From: Candidatus Paracaedimonas acanthamoebae
GTDB lineage: Bacteria; Pseudomonadota; Alphaproteobacteria; Caedimonadales; Caedimonadaceae
Reading direction: 5' to 3'
Length of the DNA stretch: 32,000 bases
Assembly (NCBI GenBank): GCA_000743035.1
Contig: CP008936.1
Location: 1,650,001-1,682,000 of the forward strand
The notes under the pieces are model-generated. The model made no database searches. It was not told the origin of the DNA and saw only the letters and a program-made list of their open reading frames with translations. Shown here piece by piece: positions 24,008 to 32,000 of the stretch (its first letter is position 1; every line of letters starts with the position of its first letter). Both the position numbers and the translations under genes were made by a program.

Positions 24008-24703
24008 CTAGTCAATTTTTTTTATCGGACATGCTTTAACCTGACCTACTGCCAAATCACCCAGACTATAAGGTCCATACGCGACTCGGATAAGGCGTGA
24101 AACTTGCACATTTAAATAGGTCATCAAATTTCTTACTTCCCGATTTTTCCCCTCAAAGATTGAAATTTCTAACCATGTGTTCATTCCCGAACGCTTTAAA
24201 ATGGTTATTTCCGCTCCTTGATAATGGATACCTTCAAAGTTGATACCTTTGGCGATTTCCTTAAGTTTAGTCTCATAGAGATGACCATAAACGCGGACAT
24301 GATAAACTCTTTTTAAGTGTGTGGAAGGAAGTTCAAGCTTACGCGCTAACTCCCCATCATTGGTTAGTAACAGTAATCCTTCTGTCATTTTATCAAGCCG
24401 TCCTACAGAAATCACCCGAGGAAGATTTTTAGGTAAAGCTTCAAAAATTGTTGGACGATTTTCAGGATCATTATGGGAAGTGATGAGACCTTTTGGTTTA
24501 TGATAAAGCCAAAGGCAGGCAGACTCCTTAGAAGGCAATAGTTTCCCATCAACAACAACGATATCTTGTTCTGATACAGTGAGAGCAGCAGACTGTAAAA
24601 GCATTCCATTAACTTGAACACGCCCTTCCTCAATCCAACGCTCAGCCTCACGGCGTGAACACAAACCTGAGCGAGCCATCAATTTAGCAATTCGTTCTCT
24701 CAT
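24008..24703 (-). CDS. rRNA pseudouridine synthase, RsuA/RluB family, with an N-terminal S4 domain.
   Basis: The S4 region is RIAKLMARSGLCSRREAERWIEEGRVQVNG. The catalytic block is GRLDKMTEGLLLLTNDGELA. The ATG at 24703 overlaps the upstream stop as ATGA. The track's earlier start at 24712 is a TTG. Confidence 0.85.
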   Translation of the reverse strand: MRERIAKLMARSGLCSRREAERWIEEGRVQVNGMLLQSAALTVSEQDIVVVDGKLLPSKESACLWLYHKPKGLITSHNDPENRPTIFEALPKNLPRVISVGRLDKMTEGLLLLTNDGELARKLELPSTHLKRVYHVRVYGHLYETKLKEIAKGINFEGIHYQGAEITILKRSGMNTWLEISIFEGKNREVRNLMTYLNVQVSRLIRVAYGPYSLGDLAVGQVKACPIKKID

Positions 24704-25431
24704 AGCGCGCAAGCAGAGATAAAGGCTTCAAAAATTTTATAATCGTAAGGTGTACTTAAATATTCTGGGTGCCATTGAACGCCTAAACAAAACCTTTTTT
24801 CGGTGCTTTCAATTGCTTCAATAATACCATCAGGTGCGTAAGCAACCACTTTTAGGTGATCTCCAACTTTTTTTATGGCTTGATGATGTGTGCTATTCAC
24901 TTGAATTTCTGATATGCCAGATAACTCATAAAGTAAACTATCCTTTTCAAGCTGAATCCAATGGGTTGGATGATGTTTTGGTTCTTTTTGTTCATGCACA
25001 ATTGATGAGGCAATCGCGGTAGGAATATGCTGTATCAATGATCCTCCCATCATCACATTAATCAATTGGTGTCCCCCGCAGATACCCAAAATAGGAAGGT
25101 CTTTTTGATAAGAATCTTGTGCGAGTTTCAATTCAAAATTCGTTCGAGGAGCCTTACAAAGAACACGCTCATGACAAATTTCTTCTCCATAGTGAACAGG
25201 ATCAATATCATAATCGCCACCAGGGATTAAAAGACCTGAAATAAGATCCACATATTCTGGAATTTGATCACCATGATATGGTAAAAGGATGGGTATCCCT
25301 CCTGCCTGCTCAACTGCTCGCGCATAATTCTCTCGTAAAGCATACCACGGGTAGGCTGAATAAGAAGGACGATCATCCCAATCTAAAACAATTCCAATAA
25401 CAGGTTTAGCCATAAAAGTTAGAGGGCCCAT
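24700..25431 (-). CDS. Class I glutamine amidotransferase / peptidase C26 (gamma-glutamyl-GABA hydrolase PuuD-like).
   Basis: Nucleophile elbow LGICGGHQLINV, then NSTHHQA and WHPE. The start is chosen at the ATG at 25431, which has GGAGG about 8 nt upstream. Confidence 0.8.
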   Translation of the reverse strand: MGPLTFMAKPVIGIVLDWDDRPSYSAYPWYALRENYARAVEQAGGIPILLPYHGDQIPEYVDLISGLLIPGGDYDIDPVHYGEEICHERVLCKAPRTNFELKLAQDSYQKDLPILGICGGHQLINVMMGGSLIQHIPTAIASSIVHEQKEPKHHPTHWIQLEKDSLLYELSGISEIQVNSTHHQAIKKVGDHLKVVAYAPDGIIEAIESTEKRFCLGVQWHPEYLSTPYDYKIFEAFISACAL

Positions 25432-25498
25432 TGACCCTCCCTCCAAAATTCTCTTTAATACGGTTCATTTTAAAGTGTTTAAGTTGAAAGAATCAATC

Positions 25499-26416
25499 AT
25501 GAATTCAGGAATCTCTTTTGAGGACATTATTCACCCTTTAAGCCGTCCAAAATTTTTGCAGGATTTTTTTGATCAAAAATATTTCTATTATGAAGGCGTT
25601 GAGGATCGCTTTAAGGATCTTCTTACTTCCGCTCAGTTAATGGAGTTTATTAAAATTTCTCCTTTATGGAATGAGGCCAACTTAAAACTCTACCATCAAG
25701 GACAATCCATCCCCTCTGAGCTCTTCTGCCAACCTTCATCAACTTTAAACCAAGGGATAACACTGAAGCCGACCCTTGAACTTATCCATTCTCATTTAAT
25801 GAAAGGCGCAACTCTTGTTGCAAATGATATTGGGACATTAACACCAAGATTAAGAAAAATTTCTCATGCACTTGCAGAAAGTTTAGAGGCACCTGTTCAA
25901 GCAAATCTTTATTATTCTGTGAAAGCTCAACCAGGTTTCTTAAGTCATTTTGATGTGCATGATGTTTTTGTTTTTCCTCTTGAAGGCGAAAAAAAATGGC
26001 GCCTTTATGAAGGAAAAGCTGTTTCCCCTATTCATCACCCCATTTTTAATAATCTTACGCAAGAAATGCATGAGACTCAAAAAGGCCCCCTTTTAAAAGA
26101 AATTCACTTAAAACCAGGAAGCTTTTTATACATTCCTCGAGGAATGTATCATGATGCTCTTGCTCTCACAGATCATTCTCTGCATATCTCTTTTGGGGTG
26201 ACACGCCCAATAGGGCTCAAAGCTATAAGCTTACTTTTTGAAGCCATGCTTTATGAAAAGATTGCGCGCCAAAATTTTCCATTTCTCAATGATTCTCAAC
26301 AATTTTCAGCGCATCTTCAAGCACTTGGGAAATGTGCTAATGACATTTTAAACAGTCCTCATTTTCAAGACCAATTAAAAGCCCAACTTGTTTCAGAGTA
26401 TAAGGCGGGGACCTAA
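25499..26416 (+). CDS. JmjC/cupin_4-type Fe(II)/2-oxoglutarate oxygenase-like protein (YcfD/RoxA-like).
   Basis: An HxD...H facial triad is plausible in LSHFDVHDVFVFPLEGEKKWRLY ... YIPRGMYHDALALTDHSLHISFG. An alternative GTG start lies at 25475. Confidence 0.7.
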   Translation: MNSGISFEDIIHPLSRPKFLQDFFDQKYFYYEGVEDRFKDLLTSAQLMEFIKISPLWNEANLKLYHQGQSIPSELFCQPSSTLNQGITLKPTLELIHSHLMKGATLVANDIGTLTPRLRKISHALAESLEAPVQANLYYSVKAQPGFLSHFDVHDVFVFPLEGEKKWRLYEGKAVSPIHHPIFNNLTQEMHETQKGPLLKEIHLKPGSFLYIPRGMYHDALALTDHSLHISFGVTRPIGLKAISLLFEAMLYEKIARQNFPFLNDSQQFSAHLQALGKCANDILNSPHFQDQLKAQLVSEYKAGT

Positions 26417-26670
26417 AATTTATGCATTTAAGCAAAACCTAGCAAACTTTTTCTTTTTTCCCTCTGTTGCACTTAGGCCACAGGTATTCTTAAATCAGGC
26501 AACTTTATTTTTTCTAGATTGCCTTTGAAAGCAAGGATCTATTTTATAAAATTTGAATAAATATTGTAACGAGTTTTAAGGTGACTTGTTTAATAACCTC
26601 CCTAAATTGTTTTAGGAAAAGTAGGTTTGTTCAGGTTTCCTTATAACTGACCACTTTTAGGAGAATTAAA

Positions 26671-27960
26671 ATGAAAAAAATTTTATTAACAAGCACAGCT
26701 GTTGCTCTTGCTTTACCATTCGCGGCTGAGCACGCTTCTGCGGCTATTGAAGGACAAACACCTCGCCTACAAATTTCAGGTGAATTATCCCCTCAATTCC
26801 ATGTTCTTACCAATAAAAAACGCGAAGAAAACAAAGGTAAAGGCTTCGGACAACATTTAGCCATTGAAGATTCACGTATTAACTTCGACGTCCTTGGCAA
26901 GACAGATGCTTTAGGCGGCCTTGAATACGGTTTCCTTGCAGGTATGTCGCTTGATACCAATGAAACAAACAACATTGAAGAAGCGCGTATCAGCCTTAAG
27001 AATCAATACGGAACTATCATGGTTGGTGATACACGCGGTGTTGATGACTTCATGGCGGTTGGTCCTTGGAAGGTCATGGGCGGTACTGGCGGTGGTATTT
27101 ATGGTAACATGACCAGCACATACCAACCAACTTCAGGCGTTCGTTTCTCAGGTGACCTCGTTGGCACCCCAAAGGATGCGACAAAAATTAACTATATCAC
27201 ACCTCGTTTTGCTGGTTTCCAAGCAGGTGTTACATATACACCACATTCTGCGCATGATGGTGCTGCAAAGCTCTTTTCACACACCAATAGTGGAAGAGTC
27301 ACACAACACTTTTTCCCTGCTCAACCTTTTGATCAAGCCCAAATTGGTGTAGGTGTAAACTATAAGAACACTTTCCAAAATGGTTTGAATGCACAGCTCT
27401 CTTTCACAGGACTTTTTGGACATACAAAGAATGGAAAGAACTCCACTGAAGCCTATCTTCCAAGTGCAACAGCTATAAACAATCTTGTTGATAACATACC
27501 TTCTAAAGTTAGAAATACAAAGGCGTTTGCTCTTGGTGCTGTCGTTGGTTTTAAAGGTTGGCAGATCGGTGGAGAGTATATCAACAATGGTAAATCTGGT
27601 GAGCCCCGCGCTTTAAAAGGCAGCAATGCAGGCCATGTTTACAGCGCTGCTATTGGTTACAGTTGGAATGTTAACAGCGTTGCAGCAGGATATAGCCATA
27701 CAGCACGCAAGCTTGGTACAGGCTTCAGCAAAGCAAAAGCTGATGTTTACACGCTAACTTACGATCACAAGTTTGCACCAGGCCTTGAAGGTTTCATTGA
27801 AGGTAACTTTGCGAAGCAAAAAACGGATGCAAAGTACGTTAACTTTGTTAACAGTGTAAAAACACTATCCGCAGATAAAGATAGCTTTAAAGCAACAAAC
27901 GATGCGGTTGGCAACAGCAATACAAAGGGTGTTATGATTGGAAGTCGTATCCGCTTCTAA
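26671..27960 (+). CDS. Outer-membrane porin (alphaproteobacterial general porin type).
   Basis: Signal peptide MKKILLTSTAVALALPFAAEHASA. The body has alternating beta-strand patterning rich in G/Y/T/N. The C-terminus is ...GSRIRF, ending in Phe. GGAG lies upstream. Confidence 0.85.
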   Translation: MKKILLTSTAVALALPFAAEHASAAIEGQTPRLQISGELSPQFHVLTNKKREENKGKGFGQHLAIEDSRINFDVLGKTDALGGLEYGFLAGMSLDTNETNNIEEARISLKNQYGTIMVGDTRGVDDFMAVGPWKVMGGTGGGIYGNMTSTYQPTSGVRFSGDLVGTPKDATKINYITPRFAGFQAGVTYTPHSAHDGAAKLFSHTNSGRVTQHFFPAQPFDQAQIGVGVNYKNTFQNGLNAQLSFTGLFGHTKNGKNSTEAYLPSATAINNLVDNIPSKVRNTKAFALGAVVGFKGWQIGGEYINNGKSGEPRALKGSNAGHVYSAAIGYSWNVNSVAAGYSHTARKLGTGFSKAKADVYTLTYDHKFAPGLEGFIEGNFAKQKTDAKYVNFVNSVKTLSADKDSFKATNDAVGNSNTKGVMIGSRIRF

Positions 27961-27978
27961 TTTTAAAGAAGTTACGTT

Positions 27979-28008
27979 AAAGGGGAGTTTCGACTCCCCT
28001 TTTTTTTG
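27979..28008 (+). terminator. Rho-independent terminator of the porin gene.
   Basis: AGGGGAGT-TTCG-ACTCCCCT (27981-28000) followed by T7. Confidence 0.8.
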
Positions 28009-28067
28009 TCTTGACGATAGCTTAGCAACGCCGCATATCTGTAAGCATATCTGCAAAAGGAAATACT

Positions 28068-28580
28068 ATGTTTAGAAAAAGTTCGCTGATTGTTTTGAGT
28101 GGTGCCATTTTCTTAAATGCTTGTGAGGGCATGAAAGTTTCTAATGACGATGAAATTAAAACGAGGCGCGAGCAAAAATATCGCGATATGGATAAAGTTT
28201 TTGGGGATGATGCTTTTACCCTTGGTGGAGATCGTAATTCCTCAAACAAAGGCGAAGTTGGCGTCGGCGTCAATAGCTTCTTATGGCGTGCGGCACTCGA
28301 TACAATTTCTTTTATTCCTTTAAAGAGCGCAGATCCTTTTGGTGGTATTATACTTACCGAGTGGCATACGCCAAGTGCCACACCGAATGAACGCATTAAG
28401 GTTGATATTTTAATCATTGATCGCCAATTGCGAGCAGATGGAATAAAGGTTTCTGTGTTCAGGCAAAAGCGTCAGGGAACTGAGTGGGTGGATCAACCTG
28501 TAGATACTCAAACAGCAATCCAACTTGAAAATGTTATCCTGACGCGTGCCCGTCAGTTACGTATTGATAGTGGTAAGTAG
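28068..28580 (+). CDS. DUF3576-family lipoprotein.
   Basis: Lipobox [10 protein letters not shown]. The conserved core is [35 protein letters not shown]. It occupies the usual alphaproteobacterial position immediately upstream of leuS. Confidence 0.8.
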   Translation: MFRKSSLIVLSGAIFLNACEGMKVSNDDEIKTRREQKYRDMDKVFGDDAFTLGGDRNSSNKGEVGVGVNSFLWRAALDTISFIPLKSADPFGGIILTEWHTPSATPNERIKVDILIIDRQLRADGIKVSVFRQKRQGTEWVDQPVDTQTAIQLENVILTRARQLRIDSGK

Positions 28581-28588
28581 AGGAATTT

Positions 28589-31159
28589 ATGGTTGAGCGC
28601 TATAACCATCGCATTGCAGAAGCTAAATGGCAACAACGTTGGAATGAATTAGGTTCCTTTAAGGCTACGACTGATCCTCAAAAGCCCAAGTATTATGTGC
28701 TTGAGATGTTTCCTTATCCCTCTGGACGTATTCATATTGGGCATGTGCGGAATTATTTAATTGGGGATGTCATCGCACGCTTTAAGAAAGCTCAAGGCTT
28801 TAATGTAATGCACCCAATGGGATGGGATGCCTTTGGCTTGCCCGCAGAGAATGCCGCGATGCAAACAAAGAGCCATCCAGCTCACTGGACTTATAACAAT
28901 ATTAAAATTATGCGGGACCAATTGAAATTAATGGGCCTTGCGTATGATTGGGATCGAGAACTTGCCACCTGTCATCCAGGTTACTACGGTCATGAGCAAC
29001 AGCTATTCCTTGAACTTTACAAGCAAGGCCTTATCTATCGAAAAGAAAGTTTTGTAAATTGGGATCCCGTTGAAAATAGTGTCCTGGCCAATGAGCAGGT
29101 GATTGATGGACGCGGGTGGCGCTCCGGTGCTAAGGTTGAGCGCCGTAAATTATCTCAATGGTATTTAAAAATTACAGCTTATGCAGAAGAGTTGCTTGAA
29201 GGTCTCGATTCACTTAAAGATTGGCCAGAGCGCGTTGTTACCATGCAACGCAACTGGATTGGGCGATCAGAAGGGGCTCAAATTACCTTTAAGCTGAAAG
29301 AGTTACCTGAAACAATTACCATCTTTTCAACTCGCCCAGATACCCTCTTTGGCGCAAGTTTTTGTGCTTTATCGCCTCATCATCCGCTCACGGAAAAGCT
29401 GGCAAAAGACACCCCTTCTCTGAAAGCCTTTATTGAAGAATGCAATAAGACGAGCATTAACGAAGAAGCAATTGAAAAAGCCGAAAAACTTGGCTTTAAC
29501 ACAGGGTTTCATGTCGAACATCCCTTTCTTAAAGATCACTTTTTGCCTCTTTACATTGCAAACTTTGTCCTTATGGAGTATGGAACAGGCGCTATTTTTG
29601 GCTGCCCTGCTCATGATGATCGAGACTTTGAATTTGCAAAGAAATATCAGCTTGAGATTCTTCCTGTTATTCATCCATCTGACCAAACACCGGCGACTTT
29701 TAAGATTACAACGGAACCTTTTACAGAAGACGGTATCTTGTTTAATTCAGAGTTTCTTAATGGTCTTTCAGTTCAACAAGCAAAAGATTGTGCAATTGAA
29801 AAGCTATCAGAATTAAAACTTGGTGAGAAAGTTACGACTTATCGTCTACGTGATTGGGGCATCTCACGGCAAAGGTATTGGGGGTGTCCGATTCCCATGA
29901 TTCATTGTCCTTCGTGCGGGATTCTTCCTGTGCCCGAGAATCAGCTTCCTGTGGCTCTTCCTGAAGATGTCGATTTTGACGCACCAGGAAATCCATTAGA
30001 TCGGCATCCTTCTTGGAAATTTACCTCTTGCCCTTCCTGCCATCAGCCTGCTGAACGTGAGACAGACACTTTAGATACCTTTGTTGAATCTTCATGGTAT
30101 TTTGCCCGTTTTTGTGCTCCTCGGTTTGATCAACCGATTTCTCAAGAAGAAACAGCTTACTGGCTTCCTGTTGATCAATATATTGGGGGCATTGAGCATG
30201 CTATTCTCCATCTTCTTTATGCCCGTTTTTTCAGTCGAGCCCTTGCTAAAAGTGGCTTTTTAACTTGCAAAGAACCATTCAAAGCCCTTTTGGCCCAAGG
30301 CATGGTGACTCATGAAACTTTTCAAACCGAAGACCAAGAATGGGTTTTCCCTTCGGACGTGGGCACCAATAAACAAGGAGAGCTTATTCGGATAACGGAT
30401 GGTGCACGGGTGATCAAAGGTCGCTTGGAAAAGATGAGCAAATCTAAGAAAAATGTTGTTGCTCCAGAAGTGATTACTCAAGATTATGGGGCAGATACAG
30501 CCCGTTTATTCTTAATTTCCGATAGCCCGCCTGATCGTGATTTAGAATGGACAGATTTAGGGGCACAGGGCATATGGAAATACCTTAATCGTATTTGGGC
30601 CCTCGCTGAAAGCTTTAAGCCTTTCCTAGCCCCATTTACGACGAAAATTCCTGAAATGTGCACTGAAGAAGAAAAAAAGCTTCGTCAAATAGCTCATCGT
30701 ACTTTAAAAGATGTGACAGCTTCAATTCAGGCCTTCCATCTCAACCGCTATGTGGCCTATCTTAGAGAATTCAGCAATTACCTTGGAAGTCTTAAGGATC
30801 TTTCTCAGATCAATGGAGCTATTTTAAGGGAATCGCTAGAGTTTCTGATTATCGCAATAAACCCGGCAACCCCTCATATTGCAGAAGAAATGTGGGCATC
30901 TTTAGGGCATACCACCCCTCTGGTGAATACAGCATGGCCTCTTTTTGATGAGGCTCTAACGCAAGAGTCATCCATGACTATTGCTGTTCAAGTCAATGGA
31001 AAGCTTCGTGGCACTTTTGTATGTGTAAAAGATCAAAATCAAGCTGAACTTGAAAAGATAGCGCTTGCGCTTGAAAATGTTCAAAAAGCCATTGCAGGCC
31101 AAAGCGTCCGTAAAATTATCATTATTCCAAATAAGGTTGTGAACATTGTTGTGGCTTAA
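28589..31159 (+). CDS. leuS: Leucyl-tRNA synthetase.
   Basis: HIGH motif in [20 protein letters not shown] motif in [10 protein letters not shown], and a CP1 editing domain. Length is 856 aa. Confidence 0.97.
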   Translation: MVERYNHRIAEAKWQQRWNELGSFKATTDPQKPKYYVLEMFPYPSGRIHIGHVRNYLIGDVIARFKKAQGFNVMHPMGWDAFGLPAENAAMQTKSHPAHWTYNNIKIMRDQLKLMGLAYDWDRELATCHPGYYGHEQQLFLELYKQGLIYRKESFVNWDPVENSVLANEQVIDGRGWRSGAKVERRKLSQWYLKITAYAEELLEGLDSLKDWPERVVTMQRNWIGRSEGAQITFKLKELPETITIFSTRPDTLFGASFCALSPHHPLTEKLAKDTPSLKAFIEECNKTSINEEAIEKAEKLGFNTGFHVEHPFLKDHFLPLYIANFVLMEYGTGAIFGCPAHDDRDFEFAKKYQLEILPVIHPSDQTPATFKITTEPFTEDGILFNSEFLNGLSVQQAKDCAIEKLSELKLGEKVTTYRLRDWGISRQRYWGCPIPMIHCPSCGILPVPENQLPVALPEDVDFDAPGNPLDRHPSWKFTSCPSCHQPAERETDTLDTFVESSWYFARFCAPRFDQPISQEETAYWLPVDQYIGGIEHAILHLLYARFFSRALAKSGFLTCKEPFKALLAQGMVTHETFQTEDQEWVFPSDVGTNKQGELIRITDGARVIKGRLEKMSKSKKNVVAPEVITQDYGADTARLFLISDSPPDRDLEWTDLGAQGIWKYLNRIWALAESFKPFLAPFTTKIPEMCTEEEKKLRQIAHRTLKDVTASIQAFHLNRYVAYLREFSNYLGSLKDLSQINGAILRESLEFLIIAINPATPHIAEEMWASLGHTTPLVNTAWPLFDEALTQESSMTIAVQVNGKLRGTFVCVKDQNQAELEKIALALENVQKAIAGQSVRKIIIIPNKVVNIVVA

Positions 31160-31649
31160 TACTCTCATTATTCTTAGTGGCTTAGCTTTAAATGGGTGCG
31201 GTTTTCAACCCTTGTATGCGCCCTCAACGCAAGCAAATGACAAACTTGCACAAATAAAAATTAAACCAATCCCTGACCGAATGGGACAGGTTTTGCACAA
31301 TCATTTACTGGATATTCTAACACCTTATGGAGAACCTAAAAATCCAGAGTATATTTTAAAAGTTACCGTTAAAGAGCAACGCACAGATTTAGCTATGCGT
31401 AAAGATGCCACCGCGAAGCGGGCCCAGCTTCAATATACCGCGAATATTACTTTGACTCATGCTATTTCTCATAAACTTATCTTATCAGATCAACTTTATT
31501 TAATGTCAGGGTTTTCTATTGGCTCTCACGCTAACTTTTCTTCAATTCCTGCGCTCGTCAGTGAAGAGAAAGCGCGCCTTCGCGCAATGGAAATTCTTGC
31601 GCAAGATATTAAATCTCTTCTTGCGAGTTATTTGAGTTTAAAAAATTAA
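31146..31649 (+). CDS. lptE: LPS-assembly lipoprotein LptE (RlpB).
   Basis: Lipobox [13 protein letters not shown], immediately downstream of leuS and overlapping it by 14 nt. The start is a TTG. Confidence 0.75.
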   Translation: MLWLNTLIILSGLALNGCGFQPLYAPSTQANDKLAQIKIKPIPDRMGQVLHNHLLDILTPYGEPKNPEYILKVTVKEQRTDLAMRKDATAKRAQLQYTANITLTHAISHKLILSDQLYLMSGFSIGSHANFSSIPALVSEEKARLRAMEILAQDIKSLLASYLSLKN

Positions 31650-31707
31650 TGAAATCCTCTTAAATAATGCAGTATGTACTCTTTTAGAGGGGTAATTTAT
31701 TTTTAAA

Positions 31708-32000
31708 ATGATGTATCAAAGTTTTTTCACACAAGAGCTTGAACGACTTCGGCACGAAAAGAGATATCGAACATTTTTAAATCTTGAACGATGCGTCGGC
31801 GAATTCCCATATGCTATAAGTGGAGACTCAAAACAAAAAATCACAGTGTGGTGCAGTAATGATTATTTGGGGATGGGTCAACATTCTCAAGTTCGCAAAG
31901 TAATGATTGAGACGCTTAAGCGAAGTGGGACAGGATCAGGAGGTACTCGCAATATCTCTGGAAATACCTATTCCCATGTGGCGCTTGAAAAAACTTTGAG
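31708..32000 (+). CDS. hemA: 5-aminolevulinate synthase, N-terminal 97 codons. It runs off the window.
   Basis: My translation from the ATG at 31708 is MMYQSFFTQELERLRHEKRYRTFLNLERCVGEFPYAISGDSKQKITVWCSNDYLGMGQHSQV...SGTGSGGTRNISGNTYSHVALE. It matches the ALAS N-terminus (RYRTF..., ITVWCSNDYLGMGQHP, GAGSGGTRNISG). It is not in the ORF track because it has no stop in the window. Confidence 0.9.
   Translation, partial: MMYQSFFTQELERLRHEKRYRTFLNLERCVGEFPYAISGDSKQKITVWCSNDYLGMGQHSQVRKVMIETLKRSGTGSGGTRNISGNTYSHVALEKTL

Noticed and set aside
31650-31707. lptE is followed by hemA rather than holA, the usual leuS-lptE-holA neighbour in many proteobacteria.
   Set aside because: This is ordinary synteny variation. 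The window ends too soon to say more.

Overview
AT-rich bacterial chromosome segment. The gene content points to an alphaproteobacterium: 5-aminolevulinate synthase, DUF3576-leuS-lptE, a divergent ppiC/secA pair, a 7Fe ferredoxin and a porin ending in Phe. It is possibly a host-associated, low-GC lineage, but that is inference only. The window has two parts.

(1) About 1.6-13.1 kb looks like an accessory, decaying island. It holds:
- a UmuD-like S24 protein whose catalytic Ser/Lys dyad is substituted;
- a large LuxR-HTH/NB-ARC/TPR STAND gene split by a visible 7-bp tandem duplication;
- a gene-poor zone of more than 1 kb with a GIY-YIG relic;
- two GNAT genes, each with a homopolymer frameshift;
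- a two-gene vgrG + MORN-repeat (YwqK-like) module with no other T6SS genes in view.

(2) About 13.1-32 kb is a tightly packed housekeeping core: fdxA, racemase, HAD, suhB-like, efp, tRNA-Asp, ppiC, secA, serine hydrolase, KGG stress protein, pseudouridine synthase, C26 amidotransferase, JmjC/cupin, porin, DUF3576, leuS, lptE and hemA.

The most interesting element in the core is a clear cobalamin riboswitch at 18345-18511 on the minus strand, with its own promoter. It sits directly in front of an uncharacterised 470-aa membrane-anchored repeat protein, which is therefore a candidate new B12-related factor. No rRNA, CRISPR array or intact mobile element was seen.
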